Below, one piece after another: positions 13,450 through 25,732 of a stretch of DNA of 64,000 bases. The position numbers and the translations under genes were made by a program. The stretch is from Octopus vulgaris. Lineage: Eukaryota. Positions within the stretch are counted from its first letter, which is position 1, and each line of letters starts with the position of its first letter. The notes under the pieces are model-generated. The model made no database searches. It was not told the DNA's origin and saw nothing but the letters and a program-made list of their open reading frames with translations. Location of the stretch: contig OX597815.1 in NCBI GenBank assembly GCA_951406725.2, positions 153,078,001 through 153,142,000 on the forward strand, in the 5' to 3' direction.

Positions 13450-14290
13450 CCATCCATTCATTTTCGCCACTCACGGGGAGTGTTGTGTGCGTTGAGTTTT
13501 CAAGTACCTTCTTCACAAAGTCCTATCAGAAGCAGACATCATTCTCAAGCACGATCAACTGACTCTGAATATCCAATCATCTGGCTCTTCGTTTACCCCT
13601 AAATCTTCTACCGGCTGTTTAGATCTGAAGCATCTGTTTTGCGATTCTTTCCTACAGCATTCTAACCATAAGTCCGTAACACTTCTCAAGCAGAGAAGTA
13701 GTATCTCGTCCTAGAGAGACCCTCCAATCTCCGAGTTTTACAACCATTTGAGTAACATTCCTCCAGAAATCATTCGGACCCTTGTGTTCGAAATCGTGCT
13801 CTGTCGGTCATTGATGACCATAGGTGAGGATAGGCACAGACACCGAATTGAAGATAGCAAGTTTAGTTTTTTTGCCAACCTCTCCTCTTCTGAGGATCGA
13901 ACGCCAGAGATGGTGCATTATAGCACCAGCATCTGCAATTCTAGCAGCTAATTCATCCTCCTGCCTCCCATCACTCGTGAATACGGCTTCGAGAGACTTA
14001 AACTTTTCCACTTGCCCGAGTGATGTTCCATTAACATAAAGAGCGGTCTGCGAAGACTTTCTTGAGAAGATCAATGTCTCAGTCTTCGCATCACTTATTC
14101 TGCGACACTCGGCAGAGAAGTTATTCAATGCTTACTAGAGATCATTCAATGCTTCCTAGAGAACCAAGTAGTATCGTGTCTGAAAATATCAGCCGACCGA
14201 TCCTACACCCACCAATTTTGATATTACTTCCACAATGGCCTCGTATGTCAATCTAGTTTATAAAAATTATGAAAAGGATAGTTGACAATA
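13450..14290 (-). mobile_element. RTE-clade LINE fragment, decayed
   Basis: ORF 13808..14128 LGQVEKFKSLEAVFTSDGRQEDELAARIADA..KTKLAIFNSVSVPILTYGH. Confidence 0.85.
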
Positions 14291-14957
14291 TGCATTCCTG
14301 CAAAAGTAAATATGGAAAACTTATATTAACAGCAAAACCTACTTTGTCACCCACAAATAACACCCACATTTATCTTCAACAGTCATTTATCCACAAAATC
14401 AGTCACCGAAAAACAAAATTCTTACTCAACTGAAGTTATGTTTAATGACAACACTTTAACATAAATATGTTAAAAGGCAACATTTTAACGTTAAACATTG
14501 AATTTAAGCTATCTCTGATCTGCATTCCTATAGAAATCTACATGGCACACATATCTACATGCATTCTTGAATGAACTATAAGAACAGCTAAAAACGAACG
14601 AACGAACGAACCAACCAACCAACCTACTAACCAACCAACCAGCCAAACAACCAACCAACTAACTAATCAACTAACCATGCATTAACAACTAACCAACCAT
14701 TAACAACCAGCATTAAATATAACCAGCATTAAATATAACCAGCCAAGCAGAAGCTAATTGTTGAGATTCAAGAAAGCATACTATACAAACTACTGATAGT
14801 GACCTGTCAATGACCTATCTTTGAGCTGTACTCCTATACAAATGGGTAAAAGCTGACTCCAGGAACTTGTATTCATTCTGGAATAAAGCCCAGCAATTAC
14901 ATATAAATAATCAACAATGCTTTTAGCGAGCCAAACAGGTTCTTTGTAGTTGTAATA

Positions 14958-15110
14958 GGCACAGACATGACTATATGGTTAAGCAGCTTGGTTTCCAAAT
15001 ACCTCACTGAATGGCACTTTTGGAGAGTGTCTTCTACTGTAGCCCCAAGGTAACTGATGGCTTATGAGTGAATTTGGCAGACAGCAAACAATGTGGAAGG
15101 CCGTCATGTG
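14958..15110 (+). mobile_element. SINE family A 5' part
   Basis: ggcacagacatgactatatggttaagcagctt..gagtgtcttctactgtagcccc..gtgagtgaatttgg, ending in (CA)n. Confidence 0.7.
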
Positions 15111-15112
15111 CG

Positions 15113-15151
<39 letters not shown>

Positions 15152-15704
15152 CACACACACACACACTTTTGGGAAGATCGAGGTTAAAGGTTAAACAGGT
15201 TAAACCCTCTATCAACAACAAAACCCAAGTTAAATATCTGCTCAGTAAATTAGCATTTTTTCACACTCTTAAATGAACATAGCCGATTATAAAATTTTAG
15301 ACGCATGATTGAGCTCTGAACAATGACCCAAATCCTTTACATTTCCATACTGCACAGTTAACAATGTACAAGGCTACGTACATTTGGGTTTAGACAGCAA
15401 ATTATTGACATTTCGAGTTGTACATTACGATCGTTTCATACTCTTATTATAATTGCACATTTTTTAAAACCCGTCTGTTTAAACAAAGTTTCGAAGTATC
15501 AAACTGGGTCGAACATATTGCCACTACATACATACATACATACATACATACATACATACATACATACATACATACATACAAACATACAAACATACATACA
15601 TACATACATACATGCATACGTATGTACGTACAGACAGTATTGAGAGGAAGTGTAAACTCTCCTGGACCTATGATATAGACATTACATCCCACCTATAAAG
15701 CCTT

Positions 15705-16310
15705 TGCTACCCAGGAATAGGAGATAGCTACTAAATACATGATAAACAAGAGAGACAAAAATGCCGCCAAACCTCTATGTTATAGGAAATATCAGTTATG
15801 ATATATTAGTGTGGAAAACATCACCCACATCATCATCTGCCCCAAAATGCCTACGAGATACTACCTGCCCCTGAAGCATGATATAGTTGGAAAACTATTT
15901 ACAATGCTATCTGCAGGAAGGATTGCCCTGTCGGATACATTAAGGCATGTCTGAATCAGCAGGTATTGACACCTTTAAAAACAAGGAATACTGGTGCAGA
16001 TATAATAGACCCAGTATTGTTTTGTGTGACAGGGACCAAAAATCATGCACTGCTGCAGAGATAAGCTGCCCCGTAGATGTGAATGTACCATCAAAAGTTC
16101 AGGAAAAACAGAACATTTATGGTGAATCAATGCGGAATTTACAGCCCCTGTTCCATGACAATAAATTCTCATCTGTACTTATCATCATTGATGCTTTAAG
16201 CTTTGTACAAACACCTAGAGATACTAGGTTTTTCGAAGAAATAGCAAAAGAAAATGACAGGGATTCTCCAAATCCAATCTATTGGTGGAACAGTGAGATT
16301 CTTTAGATGA
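15705..16310 (+). mobile_element. R4/Dong-like RLE LINE 3' fragment
   Basis: ENITHIIICPKMPTRYYLPLKHD; ORF 15947..16306 YNRPSIVLCDR..AEISCPVDVNV..KQNIYGE. Confidence 0.8.
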
Positions 16311-16519
16311 AAAGATGCACGCACTTTAGTGAGGGCATCATCAGCTCAACCAACACATATTTACAACTCAACTACATATTTACAAACATTAGGAACTCTC
16401 TCGACCATAAAGATCTTGTCACGACCTGCTTGAACTCTCTTAAGAAGTTAAATAAAATTCAAAGAAAAACATACATAAGAACGTACTACACACACACACA
16501 CACACACACAGACACACAC

Positions 16520-16680
16520 AGAGTATCGTTAGCACGCCGCGCGAAATACTTTTACCTTTCATCATTTCGGGGTCGATTAGATAAGTACCAGTTACGCACT
16601 GGGTTCGATGTAATCGACTTAATCCCTTTGTCTGTCCTTGTTTGTCCCCTCTATGTTTAGCCCCCTGTCGGCAATAAAGA

Positions 16681-16682
<2 letters not shown>
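16520..16682 (+). mobile_element. SINE family C (Meta-domain-like), internally deleted
   Basis: cgttagcacgccg..ctttcatcatttcggggtcgattagataagtaccagttacgcactggg..; matches 39213-39445. Confidence 0.8.
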
Positions 16683-16723
<41 letters not shown>

Positions 16724-16731
16724 AAAAATTA

Positions 16732-16950
16732 TTTTATAATCATTTGCATAATTATAACAAGGGCTCAGCTTAATGCATCCCCTTGCGCTGCTAGAAACAG
16801 ACGTTAAAGTCTTTTTTACTACCTCAAAATCTCCGAGAATAACACACATAAGATTTTAACGTAGCAAAAAGACTTTAAGGTCTATTTCTAGCAGCGCGTG
16901 GTGATGCATTAAGCTGACCCCTTGTTATAATTATGTATATAATTATAAAA
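16732..16950. repeat. Hairpin element (~100-bp inverted arms, 18-nt loop) next to (TA)n
   Basis: 16732-16832 is the approximate reverse complement of 16851-16950 (e.g. ataattataacaagggctcagcttaatgcat / atgcattaagctgaccccttgttataattat). Confidence 0.85.
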
Positions 16951-17544
16951 GAATTTGTAAAATTTACCTAAAAGGTTTCTATTTTCCGCACTGGCTACCT
17001 GGTAAAATCATTTCTGATTTTACCCTTTATTATTATCAAAATAATATTCGTATTTAAATATTTTTTTATGAAAGGCAAAATCAACATCGGCGGGACTTGA
17101 ACTCAACGTAAAAGACGGATGAAATGTTGCTGGACATCTTGCTGGACTACTAACACCAACACCCACGTGTGAGAGAATAATACATATTTACTATCCTAAT
17201 TGTAGGCCAAGCTATATCCATGGTTCCGGTTATAGATACATCACTCAACAAGACACATACACATAGACCATAAGCGACCCCAAACACGCATTGAGAGATA
17301 TAATGAATTACATAATAACAGATATAACAATAAACAGAAAACAAATGACTTAGTCCACCCCATCAAACCGTGGCGTCATATTAGTATAGACAAATACACA
17401 TTATAACCAATTTACATCGTTATTCACAACTACGTTGTTTATTAGGCTAATACGCATCTACAGACAATACAAGCAACCAGATAATTACAACGATATCAAC
17501 GATAGATTATTCAGTACATTACTTAAACAAATAAGTAAAACATA

Positions 17545-17645
17545 TACGAGGGGGTGCTGAAAAGTTCCTGGCTTTAAGAGTGTCGCGAAAAGGCCTGGTT
17601 GGAGGTCTAACCATCTGAGTTCTTATACAGGGCTTAGAGAAGCTG
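17545..17645 (+). mobile_element. Mariner-type TIR fragment
   Basis: TACGAGGGGGTGCTGAAAAGTTCCTGGCTTTAAG; homologous inverted copy at 31378-31455. Confidence 0.7.
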
Positions 17646-17691
<46 letters not shown>

Positions 17692-18115
17692 CCATCATCA
17701 TCATGCTACTAGAATAGGTAATTTATTACAAAAGCAGTTTTCCAAGTCACCATAACTACATAGATAACAGCACTCTATATTAATCACCAAATGAAAAGCT
17801 GTAATTATTACATTACATAAAAATATGAAATAGAATACTTAAGTTGGTAGATTCGTATGTTATCATTATTAGTCAGTAAGAAAGTAATAATCATAACGAT
17901 TATCGATAAAACGCCAGAAAGAATAGAAAATGATAGTCTTTGGAGTAACAGCTTCTAATTCTGCCAGTAGACCAATATAATCATGGATACATTTAAACCG
18001 CCTATGCAATTCTCAAGTATAAATTGAAAGTATGGATTATATCACATGTAAAAAATATTTGTATTAAATATTGTAATAACATTCTAGTAAACATCTCAGA
18101 GTTAACACACGTTTT

Positions 18116-18161
<46 letters not shown>

Positions 18162-18248
18162 TATTAGAGACAAAACCACTATTTTGCAAAACAAACAAGG
18201 AAAGACTTAATCAATACATAAAATTTTAATAAATAGTCAAAAAAACCG

Positions 18249-18291
18249 CCACTACAATCGTTTCTTGTCTTGATCGACAATCTTCAGGTGG
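18249..18291 (-). ncRNA. Minimal type-I hammerhead ribozyme (intact core)
   Basis: Minus strand: CCAC-CTGAAGA-TTGTC gatcaa GACAA-GAAA-CGATTG-TA-GTGG. Confidence 0.85.
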
Positions 18292-20782
18292 ACTTCCAAT
18301 CTAAAATATCAATATTTTAAAATATAAAAATAATAATTTTAAAATAATTAAAGTATGAATGAAAAAATATAAATATATAATCCATATATAACCTATATAT
18401 AATCCATATATAATCAATATATAAACAATATATAAACTAAAATAAACCTATCAACAATTAAATATAAAATATAAAATATAAAATATAAAACAAAACAAAA
18501 AAATAATAATAATATAATAATAAACTATATATACACCCATACACATATACCTAATTATATATAACCATATCTAACTACATACACTAAATCACACACCTAT
18601 ATATATATCCCTATACATACACATGAGGTAGGCATCGAGAATAGGTTTGGGTTACTGCAAGTTGTTTGTTAGAGCTGCTAAGGTGAGCTAAAGCTCATAA
18701 ATGTATATAATGATTTTGCATGGTAGTTTTTTAAAGAATCCATTCATAATAAATTTTTTTAAGTAGTGTTGGTTTGCCACGTGGATATAGTTTTTAGTTC
18801 CATTTATTCTATTTCTCCATTCATAATTTAAATGACGTTTACTTTCCATGGCGCGTATTCTTTTTTTAACTTAAGTTATTTCTATGGTAACGTAATTTTG
18901 GTTTGATTTTTTTAACGGCTAAGAATTTAATTTCACTTCATAATTTGAAACTGACTTGTAAGTATGTATTTTATTTATCCTTATGTCATATTGTTATTTT
19001 TGATATTCTGGTTAATTACGATGTATTTAATGTTGTTTTCATAGGAGTGTTTATGTATATGAGATTGTGTGTGAGTTTTTAGTTGTATAATTTATTTATC
19101 TGTATGAGTGTGGGTGTGTAAATATTGTTGTATATATCGAGTTTAGTGAGTATGTATATGCGTATATGTGAGGGAGTATATGTATCTGTTGTGTGTGTGT
19201 GTTTTGCGTGTGTGTGTGTTTGTGTGTGAATGTGTATATGGGTTTGTTATTTAGGTTTTGGGATGTATGTGTTAATTTGTCTGTGTGGGGAGGGAGTGGG
19301 TTTTGGTGTATATTGAGGTTTATAAGTTAGTATAGGTATGTGTATAAGTCGTGGGTCTGAGGTTTATGTGTGTGTATTTGTGTGTGAATGTTTAGGTTAG
19401 GGGGATTGCTATATAGGTTTGTTATAGAGTTTAGCAAAGGGAGATTTTATCGTTATATGTTTTTAAGAGTTTTGGTTTATCATGGTTTTTTTAGGGAATT
19501 CGTGGTAATTTGTCTATTTTCGATGTTGGTTATTTTATTACATTGTTTCATTCATAATTTTTGAGTGGTGTTCGTTTTGCCACGTGAATATTATTTTTAA
19601 TTCCATTTATTCCATTTCTCCATTCATTAATTTAGAGATGTTAGTTTCCAGAGCGGTTATACTTTTTATACATATGTTAAGTTCCTTGGTAAAGTAATTT
19701 TGTTTGGTGTATATGTTGAGGCTTATATGTACTTGTGGGTGTGTGTGAGTGGGGTGGGTGTTTGTATTTGTTATGGGTGTGTGGTTTATGTGTGTGTATT
19801 TGTGTGTGAATGTATAGGTTAAAGGGATTGCTATATAAGTATGTTATAGTGTTTAGTAAAGGGAGGTTTTATCATTTCTGTTTTGTGAGTTTTAGATTAT
19901 CATGGTAGTTTTATAAAAGAATCCATTCATAATTTTTGTGTTTTTTTGTCTGTGTGGGGTTGAGTGGGTTTTGGAGTATATGTTGAGGTTTATATGTATG
20001 TATTGGTATGTGTAAGTGGTGTGGGTATTTGTATATGTCGTGGGTGTGTGGTTTACGTGTGTGTATTTGTGTGTGAATGTTTAGGTTAGGGGGATTGCTA
20101 TATAGGTATGTTATAGAGTTTAGTAAAGGGAGATTTTATCATTATATGTTTTTATGAGTTTTGGTTTATCATGGTGGGTTTGTTAAGGAATTCGTAGTAA
20201 TTTGTGTCTATTTGCGATGTCTGTTGTTTTATTGCATTGTTTCATTCATAATTTTTAAGTAGTGTTCGTTTTACCAAGTGAATATAATTTTTAATTCCAT
20301 TTATTCCATTTCTCCGTTCATAATTTTGAGTGATGTCCGTTTTCTAGAGCGTGAATGTGGGTTGTATGTGTGTGTGTGTGGGAGTATGAATAAGTATTGT
20401 GTTGAAGTATTTAGCTATTTTATTTATTTATAGTTGCCTAGACGTTTTTATGTGTATGTATAGGGATATATATATAGGTGTGTGATTTAGTGTATGTAGT
20501 TAGATATGGTTATATATAATTAGGTATATGTGTATGGGTGTATATATAGTTTATTATTATATTATTATTATTTTTTTGTTTTGTTTTATATTTTATATTT
20601 TATATTTTATATTTAATTGTTGATAGGTTTATTTTAGTTTATATATTGTTTATATATTGATTATATATGGATTATATATAGGTTATATATGGATTATATA
20701 TTTATATTTTTTCATTCATACTTTAATTATTTTAAAATTATTATTTTTATATTTTAAAATATTGATATTTTAGATTGGAAGT

Positions 20783-20825
20783 CCACCTGAAGATTGTCGA
20801 TCAAGACAAGAAACGATTGTAGTGG
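20783..20825 (+). ncRNA. Minimal type-I hammerhead ribozyme (intact core)
   Basis: CCAC-CTGAAGA-TTGTC gatcaa GACAA-GAAA-CGATTG-TA-GTGG. Predicted GUA cleavage after 20821. Confidence 0.85.
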
Positions 20826-21004
20826 CGGTTTTTTTGACTATTTATTAAAATTTTATGTATTGATTAAGTCTTTCCTTGTTTGTTTTGCAAAATAGTGGTT
20901 TTGTCTCTAATAATATTCTATAATATTTTACTATAAAATTGGATTTAATCCTAAATCTGATTTTTTTTTCCCCTGTAAATTTGGATTTATTCCCTAATAT
21001 TTAT

Positions 21005-21070
<66 letters not shown>

Positions 21071-21092
21071 TCTTTTACTCTCTTTTACTCTT

Positions 21093-21305
21093 TTACTTGT
21101 TTCAGTGATTTGACTGCGGCCATGCTGGAGCACCGCCTTTAGTCGAGCAAATCGACCCCGGGACTTATTTTTGTAAGCCCACTACTTATTCTATCGGTCT
21201 CTTTTACCGAACCGCTAAGTGACGGGGATACAAACACACCAGCATCGGTTGTCAAGCAATGCTAGGGGGACAAACACAGACACACAAACATATACACACA
21301 CATGC

Positions 21306-21336
<31 letters not shown>

Positions 21337-21465
21337 TACAAACAGTCAAAAGGCATTGGTTGGCCCGGGGCTATAGAAGAAGACACTTGCCCAAGATTCC
21401 ACGCAGTGGGACTGAACCCGAACCAGGTGGCTGGTAAGCAAGTTACTTACCCACATCCACTCCTG

Positions 21466-21466
<1 letters not shown>
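21093..21466 (-). mobile_element. SINE family A
   Basis: ttacttgtttcagt..tgactgcggccatgctggagcaccgcc..ttattctatcggtctc..(CA/TA)n..gaagacacttgcccaag..gggactgaacccg. Confidence 0.88.
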
Positions 21467-21510
<44 letters not shown>

Positions 21511-21514
21511 TATA

Positions 21515-21716
21515 AATAAGGATATTCCACTGAAGAGGCTAAGCATTTCTTATGCAAAGTCAGAAATCCAGGATCTTGAATTATCCAGTAATTTTTTGCT
21601 AGTTTATTTTGTCTTCTTGTCTTCTCTCCTTGTGCTGTATGAACATTTAATGTTGTTTTAGAGTCATATTTTGGTTGCTATTTCCAGCGTGGCGGTATCC
21701 CGTAGATACCCTAAAT

Positions 21717-21725
<9 letters not shown>
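21515..21725 (+). mobile_element. ~210-bp hammerhead-bearing short element between (TA)n tracts (HHR 21524-21581)
   Basis: ATTCCA-CTGAAGA-..-GAAA-TCCAGGA-TC-TTGAAT; homologous inverted copy at 36970-37175. Confidence 0.7.
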
Positions 21726-21755
<30 letters not shown>

Positions 21756-22624
21756 CAAATTAACAGAAAACAAAAGACGAAGACCGATGAAGGAACAACA
21801 GACAGTTGTTTTGACGTTCGCTCGGGAAGAATGGAAAAGTCTATGACGATTCTAGTCTACGCTTTTCGACAGAAAGGATTGAGAGGAAAAAAAAAATGAA
21901 GAGAGAACGAAAAAACACAGAGAAAAAGTATGTTCAACAACGTGAATACATACGTGTATTTGCCGGCAGGCTGCTATTGGTGTGGGAGAGAATACTCTCT
22001 CAAAGTGTCGGGTGTAAAAACACCTTAGAGTTATGGAGATGGCAAAATAACTCACCTTTAATCACATCTAGGAGTGATGGACATCGATGTTTCACCATTT
22101 TGCGGCTTGTCAACATCACGTACCCAACAGAATCGGAGATGAATTATTTCACCACTCCCCGACTTATATGCTTATGACATGCAGACCATATGCCCGGACA
22201 ATACATACATAAGAATAAATTCAAAGATGAAATAAAAACAGCAGTAGCGTAATAAACATTATCGACTACATATACTTAACACACAAACTGCAACTATTTG
22301 CCGATAAGTTGCTATTGGCGCGAGCACCGAGTGTAGAAACACCTTAGTGTCATGGACAGGTGAGATAGCTCATCTTCAATCCCATCTAGGAATGATGGGA
22401 TTTTATTTGATATTTGCAGTGATGAGATTTTATTTATCTTGACACAGTATGTCACCGAAACTACATAAGATATATTTACCCGTTTTAAGCTTTTGCAGTG
22501 CATCATTTATGTAATACATTACTACGCCCACAACTCACAACTTGCACCTAAAGTTAGCGTAGTTGTCTTGCTTCAGGCAGTTTGAATTAGGGTGCGTTTC
22601 ACACACACACACGCGCGCGCACTT

Positions 22625-22660
<36 letters not shown>

Positions 22661-22661
22661 A

Positions 22662-22830
22662 CAGGCGCAGTCGTTGCTTTGTTTTAAGATACTTGCTTCC
22701 CAACTATATGATTCTGGGTTCAGACCCACTGCGTGGCTCCTTGGGTAAGTATTTTGTATTATAGCCACGGACCAACCAAAGACTTGTGAGTGGATTTGGT
22801 AAACGGAAACTGAAAAAGCCCGTCATATAT
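22662..22830 (+). mobile_element. SINE family A 5' part
   Basis: aggcgcag..ctgggttcagacccactgcgtggctccttgggtaag..gtgagtggatttggtaaacggaaactg. Confidence 0.75.
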
Positions 22831-22835
22831 ACATA

Positions 22836-23390
22836 TATCAGGTTGAGTAAAAAGTAAGCAACGTTTTGAACCATGGAGAATTTGTACCGGATTTTTGCAG
22901 AGTTTTGAATTAAAAAAAAAAATTTCTTTTGTAATTGTCTGATAATATAGACATAGACTTTCTCAAAAGCATCAATAAATTAACATTGATATGTTTTCAC
23001 CGTTGTTACAATCATCTGAAATGGAGCTGTCAAAGCGCGATACTCGAGCAATGTTGCTATTCAACTTCAGAAAAGACCGTAGAGCAGCTGAAGCTACTCG
23101 CAATATCAACGAAACGTTTACTGAGGAAATGACCAGTGAGTGGTCATCTCGAAAATAGTTTAAGCGCAGTGGAGATCTGAGCCTTGAAGATCGTGAGCGT
23201 AGTGGATGCCTATCTGTCATCAATGACAGTCAATTAAAGACCGTCATGAAAAAGAACAACGTAAAACCACTCGAGAACTGGCAAAAAAACTTCAAGTTAA
23301 CCAGAAAACTGCCTGCAGCCATTTGCCTGCGATCGGAAAATCAAAACAGCTCGACAAATGGGTACCAAACGCTTTGAATGAAAATCAGAG
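22836..23390 (+). mobile_element. Mariner transposon 5' half (Hsmar1/cecropia-like), pseudogenised
   Basis: TIR-like TATCAGGTTGAGTAAAAAG. From 23021: MELSKRDTRAMLLFNFRK..AAEATRNINETF..DLSLEDRERSG; later LDKWVPNALNENQ (WVPHEL motif). Confidence 0.88.
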
Positions 23391-23955
23391 TCTTACTGCG
23401 ACTTTTTGAAGAGAACATTCTGCGAAAGCAATACCATATATTTTTGGCGAGAAACTCATGCGGAAAGAGAGCATACTCCAATTCTTCGCGCGCCACAGAT
23501 CCAGCTGCTTTCGCAGAATGTCCTCTTCAAAAAGTCGCAGCAAAACTCTCGATTGACGGTCTGGCCCTAAGGGGCGAATTCTCGATCTACAATACCACAC
23601 TTCCGGGGTTGACGCTCGTGGTAAGTCTCCCAGATCTCTTTTGAAGCGCCCATGCCACTCGAAACATTGCATACGACCCAATGCCTCGTCGCCGTAAGCC
23701 TGTCGAAGCATGCTCAACGTTTCTGTAGCAGACTTCCCAGTGGCTCTTTGTTCCTGTCAATAACAAAATCGTAGACAAAACACACGTGATCACAAAAGCA
23801 CAAATTTCACGACTTGCGAAGTAAATACAGTAATGTCACTTGGCACACTGCGTCAAGAAGGTCACTGCTAGCTGTCATCGTACATACAACTGTGTGCTGC
23901 CATCAAGTGATGTGCTACAGAACTCGCTCTGGAACTTTTTGATACCACCTCGTAT
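23388..23955 (-). mobile_element. Second mariner (irritans-like), internally deleted, convergent with the first
   Basis: Minus-strand TIR TACGAGGTGGTATCAAAAAGTTCC; ORF 23385..23717 MLRQAYGDEALGRMQCFEWHGRFK. Confidence 0.82.
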
Positions 23956-24108
23956 CATCTGCTAAAATACGAAGAGTACTTGGACTAATGTAGTCTTTGA
24001 TATTCAAGAATGTATGGATAGTAATGGATTGAGCATCTATCATTGACAGCTTTGAGAGACCACCAAATCCTAGCAGAACCAAAACAAACATCACTACCAT
24101 TCCCATGG

Positions 24109-24109
<1 letters not shown>

Positions 24110-24205
<96 letters not shown>
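24110..24205. repeat. (CAG)n(CAA)n microsatellite
   Basis: Direct reading. Confidence 0.95.
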
Positions 24206-24227
24206 CCCAAGAGCAGCAGTAACAACA

Positions 24228-24412
24228 CATGTGGAGGCGCAATGGGCAGCGGACTCGCGGTCGTAAGAACACGGTTTCGATTCCCAGACCGGGCATTGTG
24301 AGTGTTTATTGAGCAAAAACACCTAAGTTCCACGAGGCTCCGGCGGGGAGGGGTGGTGATCCCCCTTGTATTCTTTCACCACAACTTTCTCTCACTCTTT
24401 CTTACTACTTCT
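24228..24412 (+). mobile_element. SINE family B 5' part
   Basis: tggaggcgcaatgg..cggactcgcggtcgta..ggtttcgattcccagaccggg; matches 12690-12870 inverted. Confidence 0.8.
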
Positions 24413-24697
24413 GCCACAAAGCAGAAGAACCATGGTGTAACCCACTATGGTGTGGTAAACTTTCAGACCCTAGTTTAGATTGCGAATCCTCTGTACCCCA
24501 GGATGGCTCAGCTCTCCACCCGTTAAAAGCCACCGTTTAAAGGATGATGATAACAACGTAGCTTTCGCGCCTGTGCAACCACCAGTCTATCGCGTGTGGT
24601 GGGTGGATCTTCAAGTTGCCTCACGCATTCTTAGTAGCTTAGAGTAGGCTCGAATTAGAGATTAATCTTTGTGGCTAATGGCGTGAGCCCTGATTGG

Positions 24698-24960
24698 AAG
24701 AAGAAGAAGAAGAAGAAGAAGAAGAAGAAGAAGAAGAAGAAGAAGAAGAAGAAAACACATCACCATCACCATCACTATCACCATCATCCATAGTGCTGTC
24801 AACAGCAGCAGCACGATCACCACCTCTACCGCCGCTATGTACGATAGTAACAGCATCCATCTTCTTCTTCTTTTTTTTTTCTTCTTCTTCTTCTTCATCT
24901 CCTCCTCCTCCTACTTCCACCACCACCACCACCACTACCTATCGTCAACATCACCAACAT
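24698..24960. repeat. (GAA)n followed by mixed trinucleotide low-complexity sequence
   Basis: Direct reading. Confidence 0.9.
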
Positions 24961-25547
24961 TATCGATGGTGTCTTTAATGGATTCATAAGTTCTTTTTTT
25001 TCCTTTCGTATTACACTTGAGAAATGATCAGACCATAACAGGACTTACACTTAGTATGTACGTTTATATTTCGCATCTAACCATTTAACCCCACCCTTTA
25101 TCGATCATATTATATAACCATTAAAGCTTGAAATGAAATGAAAAAAAAAACGAGCAAAGAACATATAAACAAAACAAAAGAAAATCAAACAAAATATAAC
25201 AACCCCTCCAATCCGAAAGGAAAACACAACGAATCAAAATCAACCCATAAATCTTAAAAAGCTTCCTACAAACTTTACTCTGTGGGTTTATGATAAAAAT
25301 ACTTTATAAAGCATTTGTTTCTTTATTTTTCAGGGAGACACGTTGGTTCGTTCCATAGATAAACAATTAGTGTTACCATACAAGGAGTACTAAAAGGTGA
25401 TATAGAAATAATTACTTGGTTTTTGCAAGATACTTTATGTGAATTCGTGTTTTCAAACACATCTTGTTGTGTCTAGGGAGGCTCATTATGACAATCTTAG
25501 TAACACACGCACCAGTACAATTCCACTCTTTTATTATCAGTCAATTG

Positions 25548-25670
25548 GCTGGCCTGTGTGATAAGAAGTTTATCTCACAACCATATGGTTCCAGGTTTAG
25601 TCTCCCTGCGTGGCACCTTGGGCAAGTATCTTGTGAGTGATTTGGTAGACGGAAACTGAAAGAAGCCCGT

Positions 25671-25732
<62 letters not shown>

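Larger units (their letters stand above)
18157..20917. mobile_element. 2.76-kb non-coding foldback element with 468-bp inverted arms, each carrying a hammerhead; probably Penelope-derived
   Basis: 18157-18624 is the reverse complement of 20450-20917. GT-skewed interior with internal direct repeats; no ORF-track entry inside; (TA)n at 18121-18154 and 21008-21069. Confidence 0.88.
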
